A stretch of DNA of 64,000 nt. Origin: Fusobacteriaceae bacterium (GTDB lineage Bacteria > Fusobacteriota > Fusobacteriia > Fusobacteriales > Fusobacteriaceae). Under the pieces are notes generated by a model. The model was not told the DNA's origin. It saw nothing but the letters and a program-made list of their open reading frames with translations, and did not search any database. The position numbers were made by a program, and so were the translations under genes. The stretch lies in the NCBI GenBank assembly GCA_051652785.1, contig JBOFUX010000041.1, forward strand, positions 8,471 to 72,470, read 5' to 3'. Positions 1 to 9,497 of this stretch are shown piece by piece (the stretch's first letter is position 1; every line of letters begins with the position of its first letter).

Positions 1-872
1 AATCCACAGATAAGTCCTGCAGCGAAAGAATCTCCTCCACCTACTCTATCAACTATTCTTACATCATATTTTTTAGAATGATAAAATTCACTTCCATCAT
101 ATATTAAAGCTGACCATCCATTATCTGAAGCAGAATAAGATTCTCTTAAAGTTGTTGCAATATATTTAAATCCAAATTTTTCTTTCATTTGTTTGAATAT
201 ATCCTTGTATCCATCTAATTCTAATGTTCCAGACGTTACATCTATATTTGCAGGTTTAAATCCTAAAACTTTCTCTGCATCTTCTTCATTTCCAATACAA
301 ACATCAACGTATTTCATAAGACTTGTCATTACTTCTTTTGCTCTAGCTGGAGACCATAATTTTTTTCTATAATTTAAATCTACCGATACAGTTACTCCAT
401 GTTTTTTAGCAGCTTTTAAAGCTGCTTCAGTTACAATAGTCGCTTCTGATGAAAGAGCAGGTGTTATCCCTGTAAAGTGAAACCACTCTGCATCTTTAAA
501 TATTTCATCAAAATCAAAATCATTTACAGAAGCTGTTGATATTGCTGAATTTGCTCTATCATATACAACTTTGGAAGCTCTCATAGAAGCACCTGTTTCT
601 AGAAAATATATTCCTAGTCTCTCTCCACCTCTTGCTATATAATCTGTTTTTACTCCATATTTATTTAGTGTTTGCTTTGCACATTCCCCTATTTCATTTT
701 TAGGAAGTTTAGAAACAAAATGAGCATCATATCCAAAGTTAGAAAGTGAAACTGCAACATTTGCTTCTCCTCCACCATATATTGCATCAAAACAGTTAGC
801 TTGTGAAAATCTCTGAAATCCTGGAGAAGTTAGCCTTAACATTATTTCTCCCATTGTAATAACTTTTTTCAT
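1..872 (-). CDS. kdgK: 2-dehydro-3-deoxygluconokinase (PfkB family), C-terminus runs off the window
   Basis: Reverse translation from ATG at 870-872 gives MKKVITMGEIMLRLTSPGF... The window edge reads ...DRVGGGDSFAAGLIC, the PfkB DxxGxGDxF signature. It lies directly downstream of eda. It is absent from the ORF track because the stop is outside the window. Confidence 0.8.
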   Translation of the reverse strand, partial: MKKVITMGEIMLRLTSPGFQRFSQANCFDAIYGGGEANVAVSLSNFGYDAHFVSKLPKNEIGECAKQTLNKYGVKTDYIARGGERLGIYFLETGASMRASKVVYDRANSAISTASVNDFDFDEIFKDAEWFHFTGITPALSSEATIVTEAALKAAKKHGVTVSVDLNYRKKLWSPARAKEVMTSLMKYVDVCIGNEEDAEKVLGFKPANIDVTSGTLELDGYKDIFKQMKEKFGFKYIATTLRESYSASDNGWSALIYDGSEFYHSKKYDVRIVDRVGGGDSFAAGLICG

Positions 873-915
873 AATTTTATCTCCCTTTTCATAATTTATC
901 TCTAAATATTAATAA

Positions 916-1560
916 TTATTTTTTTAAATTTAATCTAGCTTCTTTTACCTTTGCTACAAAAGATTTTGCTGTAGCACTTATCTCATCAGAACTTCCACTA
1001 GCTAATTTTCCTCCTGCTCCAACTGCAATTACTCCATTTTTTATCCATTGATCCACATTCTCTAAACTAACTCCCCCAGTAGGCATTATATTAGCCTGAG
1101 GTAAAGGTCCTTTTATTGCTTTTATGAAGTCTGGTCCGAAAGCACTTCCTGGAAATAATTTAACAACATCTACACCATATTCCATAGCTTTTACTATTTC
1201 TCCAATAGTCATACAACCTGCCATATATGGAACTTGGTATCTATTACAAAGTTTTGCCGTCGCTTCATCAAAACAAGGCGAAACTATATACTCAGCCCCT
1301 GCAAGTATTGCAATTCTCGCTGTTTCCGAATCAAGTACTGTCCCCGCTCCAACTATTAAATCACAAGCTGGTATTTGCTCTCTTAGAGCTTTTATAACTT
1401 CGGTTGCACCTGGTACTGTATAAGTTACTTCAATAGCAGGTAATCCACCAGCAACACAAGCTTTTGATATTCTTAATGCCTCTTCTAAACTTTCTGCTCT
1501 TACTACCGCCACCACTCCAATGTCTGTTATTCTTTTTAAGGTTTCAGCTTTTTTTATCAT
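916..1560 (-). CDS. eda: 2-dehydro-3-deoxyphosphogluconate (KDPG) / KHG aldolase
   Basis: 214 aa with typical Eda length and sequence (VVAVVR..., GLPAIEVTY, VKLFPG, PTGGV). Adjacent to kdgK. Confidence 0.85.
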   Translation of the reverse strand: MIKKAETLKRITDIGVVAVVRAESLEEALRISKACVAGGLPAIEVTYTVPGATEVIKALREQIPACDLIVGAGTVLDSETARIAILAGAEYIVSPCFDEATAKLCNRYQVPYMAGCMTIGEIVKAMEYGVDVVKLFPGSAFGPDFIKAIKGPLPQANIMPTGGVSLENVDQWIKNGVIAVGAGGKLASGSSDEISATAKSFVAKVKEARLNLKK

Positions 1561-1625
1561 TTTTTACCTTCCTTTTTATTTTGTTCGTATTTGCGTATCT
1601 AGTCCGAGTTTTATTATGTGACTTA

Positions 1626-1654
1626 TTTATACATCTTTTTGTTTTTAAAGTCAA
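1626..1654 (-). promoter_or_regulatory. Candidate sigma70 promoter for eda-kdgK (TTGACT-17 nt-TATAAA)
   Basis: Minus strand reads TTGACT (1649-1654), a 17-nt spacer, then TATAAA (1626-1631), about 65 nt upstream of the eda ATG. Confidence 0.45.
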
Positions 1655-2037
1655 CTATTTTTTCTTAGTTGTGGGTTAAAAAAAATCATTTGGTTCTTAA
1701 TTCTTATCATTATTCATAATTTTTTTGTTTTAATCTAGTTTTCTGGTGTTAATATTTCTATGTTTTCTCCATAAAATAGATTGTATTATTATATAGTTTT
1801 AGATTATCACCATCTATTTTATGAGAAATATTTTCTTTGGAATTTTTTTTTAAAATTAATTTTAATAAATTCTGAATTTTCCCATACTGTTTGAATAGAC
1901 TTTACTAAAATATTTACATTAGCATAAGATTTCATTTTATTCTCCTCATTATTAATAGAATAACACTAGAATGTAAACTATTCTCATAAAATATATCTCT
2001 AATTTTTCTTAATTCTATATTTTTAAATCAAAACAGT

Positions 2038-2086
2038 TAAAAAAAATACCAACTAAGATATTTAATCTTACAGTTGGTATTTTATA
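2038..2086 (-). terminator. Intrinsic terminator downstream of the IclR-family gene (A/T-flanked, potentially bidirectional)
   Basis: 9-bp perfect stem ATACCAACT (2046-2054) / AGTTGGTAT (2072-2080), flanked by an A-run and a T-run. Confidence 0.5.
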
Positions 2087-2267
2087 AATCTAAAAGTATC
2101 AATTTTTTTCATCTATATCCATGTTTACAGATGAACCTGTCTTTTGTAATGTATTTTAATTTTTACAATAAAATATTTCATAATATCTCACCTCTTAAAC
2201 TCATTATTCCTAATAGAAATATAGTGTTAGTAAGGCATACTTTATTTTTTCTTATTTATCAAATTTA

Positions 2268-3017
2268 TTATAATTTATACCCTATTTCCCTTGAAATTTC
2301 CAAAGCAAAATTTTTCATTATCTCTACATTCTCACTTATATTTTCATGTTTATTATAAAATCCTGAAGCACTTATTGCTGCTACAATTTTTTTATTTTTA
2401 TCCAAAATAGGTGTGGATATACAAAGCATATTCTCTTCTAATTCTCTATTGTCAATAGCGTAACCTTGAACTCTTATTTTCTCTATCTCTGTTATAAAAT
2501 CTTCTGAGTTTATCAATGTATATTTTGTTCTTTTTGGCATTCCTTTTTCCAATAATATTTTTTCTATATCTCTATTTGTATATCTTGAAAGCATTATTTT
2601 TCCCAACCCTGTACAATGAACTGGATTTTTAGTTCCTAAAGTTGCTGTTGTTATAATAGGACTTTTAGGTTCACTTTTATCCAAATAAATGACCTCTCCA
2701 TCTTTTATTATCCCTAAAAATATTGTTTTATTTAATTTTTCAGCTAAGGTTTTCAGATGTTTTTTAGCAAGTTTTAACATATCATTTTCATAGCTAAGTC
2801 CAATTTGAAAACTTTTTAATCCTATGATATATTTTTTCTGTATCCCCTCTACAACTGATACCATATCTGTATAAAGAAGAGTTTGAATTATATCAAAAGC
2901 ACTACTTTTAGGTATTAAAAACATCTCTTGAATCTCTCCTAAAGTTAAGCCTCCTTGAGATTCACTTATTGCCTCTAGTATATTTATACTTCTTTCTATA
3001 CTCTTACTTATTTTCAT
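2268..3017 (-). CDS. IclR-family transcriptional regulator (KdgR-like by context)
   Basis: 249 aa with an N-terminal wHTH (ILEAISESQGGLTLGEIQEMFLIPKSSAFDIIQTL) and a C-terminal IclR effector-domain pattern. Located upstream of eda-kdgK. Confidence 0.8.
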   Translation of the reverse strand: MKISKSIERSINILEAISESQGGLTLGEIQEMFLIPKSSAFDIIQTLLYTDMVSVVEGIQKKYIIGLKSFQIGLSYENDMLKLAKKHLKTLAEKLNKTIFLGIIKDGEVIYLDKSEPKSPIITTATLGTKNPVHCTGLGKIMLSRYTNRDIEKILLEKGMPKRTKYTLINSEDFITEIEKIRVQGYAIDNRELEENMLCISTPILDKNKKIVAAISASGFYNKHENISENVEIMKNFALEISREIGYKL

Positions 3018-3048
3018 TTTCTTACTCCCATTATTCTATAATCGCTTC

Positions 3049-3071
3049 AAAAAAAAAAGATTAATCTTTTT
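3049..3071 (-). terminator. Weak AT-rich hairpin plus T-run downstream of hflX
   Basis: Palindrome AAAAAGATTAATCTTTTT (3054-3071) is followed on the minus strand by a long T-run. A second GATTAATCTTTTT copy lies at 3094-3106. Confidence 0.35.
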
Positions 3072-3121
3072 ACGTTTGTGAAATCCGTTTTTTGATTAAT
3101 CTTTTTAATTTAACAATGATT

Positions 3122-4915
3122 TTATACTTCTTTCACTAAAAATTTTAAACATTTAGCATATACTTCATCATTTACATTTGCTATTACTTTTGCTCCTTCA
3201 GATTCAAACTCCTCTGAATCTATTATGGCATGTCTATGTAAATAAGCATTTATAGATGACTCTGAATATGGAATTAAATACTCACATTTTCTTATTGTTT
3301 TAGGTAACATCTCACAAGAAATTTCTAACAGAAGTTCTAAATTAATACCTTTAATAGCACTAATTTCAACTATTTTATAATTTTTAAATTCTTCTTTTAA
3401 CTCATCTAAAACTTTTTCTGATGTTATATCAGTTTTGTTTAAAGCTAATATGGTAGGTTTTTCAGAAACTCCTAATTCTTCCAATACATTTTCCACTGCA
3501 TGTATTTGTTCTATAACTGTTTTTGAGGCAGAATCAACAACATGTACAATTAAATCTGAAAATATAACTTCTTCTAAAGTTGATTTAAACGCTTCTATTA
3601 AATCATGTGGTAGCTTTCTTACAAAACCTACTGTATCTGTAAGTGAAGCTATTCTCTTATCAGGAAGTATCACAGAACGTGTAGTCGTATCAAGTGTTGC
3701 AAATAGTAAATTTTCAGCGAATACGTCTTCTTTTTTTGATGAGTTTTCACCAGGATATAAATCAACTATCTTGTTTCTAAGAGACGATTTTCCAGCATTG
3801 GTATATCCAGCTAAAGATATTTTAGGTATCCCTGATTCTTCTCTTCTCTCTCTTTGAACACCTCTATTCTTTCTAATTTTTTCTAACTCTTGTTTTAAAT
3901 CATGAATCGCATCCCTTATTCTTCTTCTATCTATTTCTAATTTTTTTTCTCCTGGTCCTTTTGTTCCTACTCCACCACCTATTCTTGACATCATAGAACC
4001 TAATCCTATTAATCTCCCAGAACGATATTTTAATTGGGCTAACTCAACTTGAATTTTAGATTCCCTTGTCTTTGCTCTTCTAGCAAAAATTTCCAAAATA
4101 AGAGTAGTTCTATCTATAACTTTACAACCTGTAACCATTTCTAAATTTTTAATTTGAACTCCTGAAAGTTCTTCATCAAAAATTAATAAATTTGCACCTT
4201 TAACTTGCTGAACCATAGAAAGAGATTTTGCTTTCCCACTTCCTATGAAAAAAATAGAATCTGGTCTGGATTTTTTTTGATACATTGTATCTACAACTCT
4301 TATATTACAAGCTCTTGCTAATTCTCCAAGTTCTTCTAAACTTTCTTCTGTATCTATTCCCACAAGAATAGCTACTTCTTCATCAGATTCAAAAACTATT
4401 TTTTTTCTAAGTTCCATCTCTACCAATTCAACTCTTCCTAAAAAATCAAAATTTTGAGCTTTTTCCATAGAGAGAGGTCCAAATTGTTCATAGCTTAATA
4501 CTCCATCTTTTATATTACAAAATCCTATACTTACTCCATTTATTCCCTCTTCACTTATTCCTATAGCTAAAACTGCATCTAATTTTAATTTTATTAGTGC
4601 TGATATATCAACACTGGATAAATTTGAATATCCACTGGGATGGGTATGTATAATTCTTATTCCACTAAGTTTTCGCTCACTTACATTTAAAATAGGGAGT
4701 TGAACACTAGCACTATCTCCAATGGATACTTCTATTATTTTCCCTTTTCTGTCTATAGCAACATTTATCTCTCTATTAATTCTGAAACTTATTTTTGAAA
4801 TTAATTGGACAAGTTCTTCATTAAAAAGAGTTCCTTTATCTATTTTCATTTCATATAAACTATTTAAAGTTTCTAAAATATGCTCTTTTATTCCCTCTAT
4901 ATTTCCTTGTATCAT
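3122..4915 (-). CDS. hflX: GTPase HflX with about 175-aa N-terminal RadC/JAB-like extension
   Basis: 597 aa. The C-terminal ~420 aa show HflX features (GYTNAGKSSL P-loop, DTVGF, NKTD). The N-terminus carries IIHTHPSGYSNLSSVD. An AGGAG RBS lies 9 nt upstream. Confidence 0.85.
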   Translation of the reverse strand: MIQGNIEGIKEHILETLNSLYEMKIDKGTLFNEELVQLISKISFRINREINVAIDRKGKIIEVSIGDSASVQLPILNVSERKLSGIRIIHTHPSGYSNLSSVDISALIKLKLDAVLAIGISEEGINGVSIGFCNIKDGVLSYEQFGPLSMEKAQNFDFLGRVELVEMELRKKIVFESDEEVAILVGIDTEESLEELGELARACNIRVVDTMYQKKSRPDSIFFIGSGKAKSLSMVQQVKGANLLIFDEELSGVQIKNLEMVTGCKVIDRTTLILEIFARRAKTRESKIQVELAQLKYRSGRLIGLGSMMSRIGGGVGTKGPGEKKLEIDRRRIRDAIHDLKQELEKIRKNRGVQRERREESGIPKISLAGYTNAGKSSLRNKIVDLYPGENSSKKEDVFAENLLFATLDTTTRSVILPDKRIASLTDTVGFVRKLPHDLIEAFKSTLEEVIFSDLIVHVVDSASKTVIEQIHAVENVLEELGVSEKPTILALNKTDITSEKVLDELKEEFKNYKIVEISAIKGINLELLLEISCEMLPKTIRKCEYLIPYSESSINAYLHRHAIIDSEEFESEGAKVIANVNDEVYAKCLKFLVKEV

Positions 4916-4930
4916 AAAATCAACTCCTAA

Positions 4931-5773
4931 TTATTTAACTTTAAACCCTTTATCAGTTTTTTCAATCAGTCCTTTTTTTAAAAGATTTCCAGCTGCTCTT
5001 TTAAATGCTTTTTTGCTTAAATCAAAAAAATCTTTTATGTCTTCTGGAGATGATGAATCAGAAAATCTAAATGAATCCCCTAACATATTCATTTTTTCTA
5101 ATATTAATTTAGCATCTGCATCCATTTGTTCATGGGCTACTGCTCTAGGAGATAGATCTAATTTACCATCTTCTCTAACTCTTATAACTCTCGCTTGAAT
5201 CTCTTCACCTATATAAAAAGTCTTAAAACATTCATTATTTGGTATCATTCCAAAGTATCTATCATCCACTGCTACAAAAACTCCAATTTCTGGGTTTATA
5301 TTATATACTGTTCCTGTTATGAAATCATTTTTTTGATAATCTTTACATGGTAATAAGAAATTATAAATTTTCATTGTAGCTGAAACTCTTCCTTTACTAT
5401 CCTCATAAAGACCTACTAAATATTTTTCACCCTTTTCAACTTCTATGTTTTGTTGGCTTATTGGTAATAAAACATCTTTATTCAAGCCCCAATTCAGAAA
5501 AGCACCTAAAGTTGGATTTATATCCACTACTTCTAGTTTTGCAAGTGTTCCCACAAGAGCAGCAGTCACTCTGAAAGTTGCAGTAAATCTATCTTCTGAA
5601 TCCTTATAAATCAATACATCAACTTCATCTCCAACTTTTAAATCTTTACCTTCTAATTCGTTTATTGGTAACAATATATTATCTTGTGAATTTTCTGTTC
5701 CTGCATCTAAATAAGCACCTATACTCACTATATTATTTATTACTAAAGTTTGTCTTTTTCCTACTTTTATCAT
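4931..5773 (-). CDS. cvfB: CvfB/YitL-family S1-like RNA-binding protein
   Basis: 280 aa with repeated S1-like OB segments and a C-terminal winged-helix-like tail (KKAFKRAAGNLLKKGLI), as is typical of the CvfB family. Confidence 0.7.
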   Translation of the reverse strand: MIKVGKRQTLVINNIVSIGAYLDAGTENSQDNILLPINELEGKDLKVGDEVDVLIYKDSEDRFTATFRVTAALVGTLAKLEVVDINPTLGAFLNWGLNKDVLLPISQQNIEVEKGEKYLVGLYEDSKGRVSATMKIYNFLLPCKDYQKNDFITGTVYNINPEIGVFVAVDDRYFGMIPNNECFKTFYIGEEIQARVIRVREDGKLDLSPRAVAHEQMDADAKLILEKMNMLGDSFRFSDSSSPEDIKDFFDLSKKAFKRAAGNLLKKGLIEKTDKGFKVK

Positions 5774-5884
5774 TTGTTCAATCTTTAACAGATCTTTCTC
5801 TGTTAAAGTTCACCTCCATATTTATTATTTATAACCTTTATTATACACTAAATCTCATTTATATAATAGCTATAATTTCTTTAT

Positions 5885-7093
5885 TTATCTTATTTTTTTA
5901 AAAAATTTATAAAATGTAAAAGTCCCACTAAGATACAAAACTACGGTAACATAATATGGTAAATTATACGATATATTTTCCATTACATATCCTGCTACAA
6001 TAACACTTAGTGCTCTAGTAAGATAAGATGTCATTAAAATCAAACTGCTCATAAGTGCTCTATCTTGTTCTTCCACAATATCCATAGATATATTTTGTAT
6101 TAAAGGTTGATTTAAATTCATCAGAGTTGATCTAAGCAAAAAAGATATAGCAACGATTATAATCCCCTGTGGAAAAGCAATAGATATTAAAAATGGAATA
6201 GACAGTAATTGACAAATAATTATGGTATTTTCTTTTCCTAATATTTTTGATATATAAGGGACTAAAATTCCTCCTATGACAAGCCCAACTTGTGAGAGAG
6301 CCATTATTCCTCCTACACTTGCACTATCTATATTTAATTGATACTTTAAATATATGCTAAAAAATGGAACTACAAGACCTGCACCAAATCCAATAAAAAT
6401 ATTATAGATAATAAAACCACAAGCTTTTTTCTGATTCATTATTCTTCTAAATGAAATGTATATATTTTTACTTTTTTTAGCTATTTTTATAGTTTTTTCC
6501 TCTAATTTTAATACTGGTATTATCATACTTAGTATTAATAACGCCGCGATATAAAACATTATAGGTATCACATTTTTTAAGTCAAAAAATTTTGAAAAAA
6601 TACCATTTAGTCCGCCACCTAAATAGCTACCACAGATTATACCTATACTCTGAATAACAAAATTTTTACTAAATATTGCAACTTTTTCTTCTACTTTTGA
6701 ATTTTCTGCTAAAAGTACACCAACTGAAGTAGAAGGAAAACTATAGCCAACACCTGTAAATATTGCAAAGAATACAAGAGTAGAAACTTTTGTCGAAGTA
6801 CCTATCCCTATCATACCTATACAAATACTTATTATTCCTATTATTAAAGATTTTCTTCTTCCTAAAATACCTAAACAGTAAGCACTTAATAATGATCCTG
6901 CTCCTACTGATAAGCTATTAACTGCTAAAACTTTCCCTACTATGCTCTCTCCAAAACCTAAAGTTTTTATATGAATACCTATAAAAACAAAAAAAATACC
7001 TTGAATAACAAAGCTACTAATAAAATTTAATAACATAATATTTTTTATATTATTATTATAATTTTTAAGTTTAAGTTTTTTCAAAAATATCAT
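5885..7093 (-). CDS. MFS transporter
   Basis: 402 aa with about 12 hydrophobic segments and an MFS-like loop motif (GILGRRKS). Confidence 0.7.
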   Translation of the reverse strand: MIFLKKLKLKNYNNNIKNIMLLNFISSFVIQGIFFVFIGIHIKTLGFGESIVGKVLAVNSLSVGAGSLLSAYCLGILGRRKSLIIGIISICIGMIGIGTSTKVSTLVFFAIFTGVGYSFPSTSVGVLLAENSKVEEKVAIFSKNFVIQSIGIICGSYLGGGLNGIFSKFFDLKNVIPIMFYIAALLILSMIIPVLKLEEKTIKIAKKSKNIYISFRRIMNQKKACGFIIYNIFIGFGAGLVVPFFSIYLKYQLNIDSASVGGIMALSQVGLVIGGILVPYISKILGKENTIIICQLLSIPFLISIAFPQGIIIVAISFLLRSTLMNLNQPLIQNISMDIVEEQDRALMSSLILMTSYLTRALSVIVAGYVMENISYNLPYYVTVVLYLSGTFTFYKFFKKIR

Positions 7094-7189
7094 ATATCAT
7101 CCTTTTATATTTTTTATATACTGTGATATAATTATAATACTACTACAATTAAAAAAAATAAAGCTTAATATTAAAAAAAGGAGATAATT

Positions 7190-8077
7190 ATGAAATATAT
7201 TTTTAACCCAATCTTATTTGTTAGCTTTTTATTAATATCAAAATTCAATTTTTCTCAAAACAAATTGAATTTTATAGTTCCATACGGTCTTCCTTCTATG
7301 ACTACTACATACATGGAAAAAAATCAACACGCAAAAGTGAATAATATAAAATATATAGTTGAAAAAAATTCAAGTTCTCTTATTAATTCTATACTAAAAG
7401 AAGAGGCTGATTTTGCAATTGTTCCTTCTAATTTTTCTGCTAAGATTTTAGAGAATAAACTTCCATATTCTATTCTTGGTACTATAGGTTGGGGTTCTTT
7501 TTATTTAGTTAGTTTTAACCATTTAAATTCTATTTCAGACTTATCAAATCAAGAAATTGTTCTGCACGGAAAAGGGCTTACTCCTTCTCTTATTTCTAAT
7601 TATATTCTAGCTAAAACTAAGGCTGAAAATGTAAAGTTTCAATATTTAACCTCTCCCAGTGAAGTTTCTTTATTTTTTTTAGCTAAAAAATATAAATATG
7701 CAATTATTCCTGAACCTATGCTGTCTAAATTAATGTTAATAAATAGTAATATTAAAATATTAATAAATTTTAATGAGGAATGGAAAAAAATTACTAATTC
7801 TGATTTAGGTTATCCACAATCTACACTTATTGTTAAAAATAATATTTTAAATAATAATAATATTCTCGTTGAAAATTTTATTTTTGAATTAAAAGAAAGT
7901 ATTAATTTCCTAAAAAATAATGCTTTTAACGTAATGTATTCAGAGTGGGAATTAAATAACACAACAATAGCTAATTTCAATATTTACTATATCCCTTATG
8001 AGAAAACACTAAAAGAATATCAAATATTTTTTAATCTTATAGGAGGAAAACCTTTTGACTCTGAAATATCTCAATAA
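7190..8077 (+). CDS. ABC transporter substrate-binding protein (NitT/TauT/NMT1-like by context)
   Basis: 295 aa with an N-terminal signal-like segment. It is first gene of a 3-gene ABC unit. A strong RBS AAGGAG lies upstream. Confidence 0.55.
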   Translation: MKYIFNPILFVSFLLISKFNFSQNKLNFIVPYGLPSMTTTYMEKNQHAKVNNIKYIVEKNSSSLINSILKEEADFAIVPSNFSAKILENKLPYSILGTIGWGSFYLVSFNHLNSISDLSNQEIVLHGKGLTPSLISNYILAKTKAENVKFQYLTSPSEVSLFFLAKKYKYAIIPEPMLSKLMLINSNIKILINFNEEWKKITNSDLGYPQSTLIVKNNILNNNNILVENFIFELKESINFLKNNAFNVMYSEWELNNTTIANFNIYYIPYEKTLKEYQIFFNLIGGKPFDSEISQ

Positions 8078-8825
8078 AAATATTTTAACTTTAGTAGGAT
8101 GGTGTATTTTTTTTATTCTTTGGGAAATAATTTCAATTTTACTAAACAATGAAATTTTATTTCCACCTATAAGTAGTGTGCTATTTTCTCTTTTTTCTTT
8201 GTTAAAACAGAGTAATACTTATTTTTTTATTTTAAATACTGTTAGTACATTGATACTATCTTTTTCTATGTCCTTTTTATTGGCTTTAATTTTAGCTATT
8301 ACAGCAAAAAAAATTAATGTTTTGAAATATTTTATCACACCATATATTATTATATTAAAATCAATTCCTACAATAGCTTTAATTTTAATTATAATTATTT
8401 GGAGCGATCTCGCAAATGTCCCATTTTTAATAGGCATAGCTATTTCATTAGGAGTTTTATTTGATTTGTTATCTTCAGCTATTTCATCTGTTGATTCGAA
8501 ACTTTTAAAAATGTCAAAACTTTTTAATGTGCCTAAATATAAAGTACTAAAAAACATATACATACCATCTATTTACTACTCTATATGTGAGTCTCTTCAT
8601 GCTATCCTTAGTTTAACTTTTAAAGTAATCATAGCAGGAGAAGTTTTAGCACAATTAGATAATAGAATTGGAGGGGAACTTTTCAATGAAAAAAACAATT
8701 TAAATACACCATACTTTTTTGCTTGGTTATTAATTGTCTTAATTATTTCTTTTATTCTTGAAAACATTATTAAATTTATTACCAAAAAAATAAAAAAAAT
8801 AGAGGTGAGTAATAATGAAAATTAA
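8055..8825 (+). CDS. ABC transporter permease (NitT/TauT family-like)
   Basis: 256 aa and polytopic. It overlaps both the upstream SBP gene and the downstream ATPase gene. Confidence 0.75.
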   Translation: MTLKYLNKNILTLVGWCIFFILWEIISILLNNEILFPPISSVLFSLFSLLKQSNTYFFILNTVSTLILSFSMSFLLALILAITAKKINVLKYFITPYIIILKSIPTIALILIIIIWSDLANVPFLIGIAISLGVLFDLLSSAISSVDSKLLKMSKLFNVPKYKVLKNIYIPSIYYSICESLHAILSLTFKVIIAGEVLAQLDNRIGGELFNEKNNLNTPYFFAWLLIVLIISFILENIIKFITKKIKKIEVSNNEN

Positions 8826-9489
8826 AAATCTTTCTAAAGCATATGGAGAGTTAAAAATATTTGAAAATTTAAATATAGAATTTTCTAAAAATAAAATATC
8901 TGTAATTCTAGGAAATTCCGGTTGTGGAAAAAGTACCCTTTTAAATTTAATTTCAGATAATACGCTAAAATACACAGGTACAATTGAAAATAATGAAAAA
9001 TTTATAAGTTATATTTTTCAAGAAGACCTTCTTATTCCTTGGAAAACTGTCTATGAAAATGTTGAATATGTTTTAAATTTAAAAGATGAAATAAAAAAAA
9101 ATAATATTATAAATAATAATCTCACTTTAGTTGATTTATATGAATATAAAAATTTTTATCCTCATGAACTTAGTGGAGGAATGAAAAAAAGAGTTGGAAT
9201 AGCAAGAGCATTCTCTTTCCCTTCCACTCTTCTTCTATTAGATGAGCCATTTGCTTCACTGGACATAAATATTACAAAAACAATTTTAAAGGATTTTATA
9301 AAATTACAAAATAAAAATCCTAAAACTGTTATACTTGTAACACATAATATTGATATAGCCTCAATTTTAGCTGATGAAATTTTTATATTAACTGACAAAC
9401 CTACAACTTTAAAAATCTCTTTTAAAAGAATTTCTTACAGTAGCAATCAAAATTATAAAAATGATATTCTTAAACATTTAAACTTTTAA
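8815..9489 (+). CDS. ABC transporter ATP-binding protein
   Basis: Walker A GNSGCGKST, signature LSGGMKKR, Walker B LLLLDEP. Confidence 0.85.
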   Translation: MKIKNLSKAYGELKIFENLNIEFSKNKISVILGNSGCGKSTLLNLISDNTLKYTGTIENNEKFISYIFQEDLLIPWKTVYENVEYVLNLKDEIKKNNIINNNLTLVDLYEYKNFYPHELSGGMKKRVGIARAFSFPSTLLLLDEPFASLDINITKTILKDFIKLQNKNPKTVILVTHNIDIASILADEIFILTDKPTTLKISFKRISYSSNQNYKNDILKHLNF

Positions 9490-9497
9490 TTTAATTT

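Noticed and set aside
1124-1423. Antisense or alternative-frame ORFs inside well-supported genes. Examples: 1124..1423, 3435..3857, 4722..5198, 8219..8563, 8597..8785, 8739..8975, 9162..9398, 11043..11411, 14253..14444, 14619..14852, 15742..15924, 16320..16550, 20682..20972, 25211..25477, 27166..27459, 28806..29081, 33748..33945, 35104..35394, 35207..35398, 37570..37857, 39429..39707, 43375..43566, 43896..44090, 44757..44939, 47100..47312, 52259..52489, 53742..53963, 57549..57860, 58459..58659, 60258..60521
   Set aside because: Each lies wholly or mostly within a longer ORF that has clear family-level motifs. They lack RBSs and have the skewed Phe/Leu/Ile/Ser composition expected from reading AT-rich coding DNA in the wrong frame or strand.
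1464-2358. Plus-strand ORFs 1464..1679 and 2074..2358 (and 5665..5901) in or near intergenic DNA
   Set aside because: They are extremely Phe/Leu-rich and low-complexity. They overlap the starts or ends of real minus-strand genes and the promoter and terminator elements, and they have no RBS.
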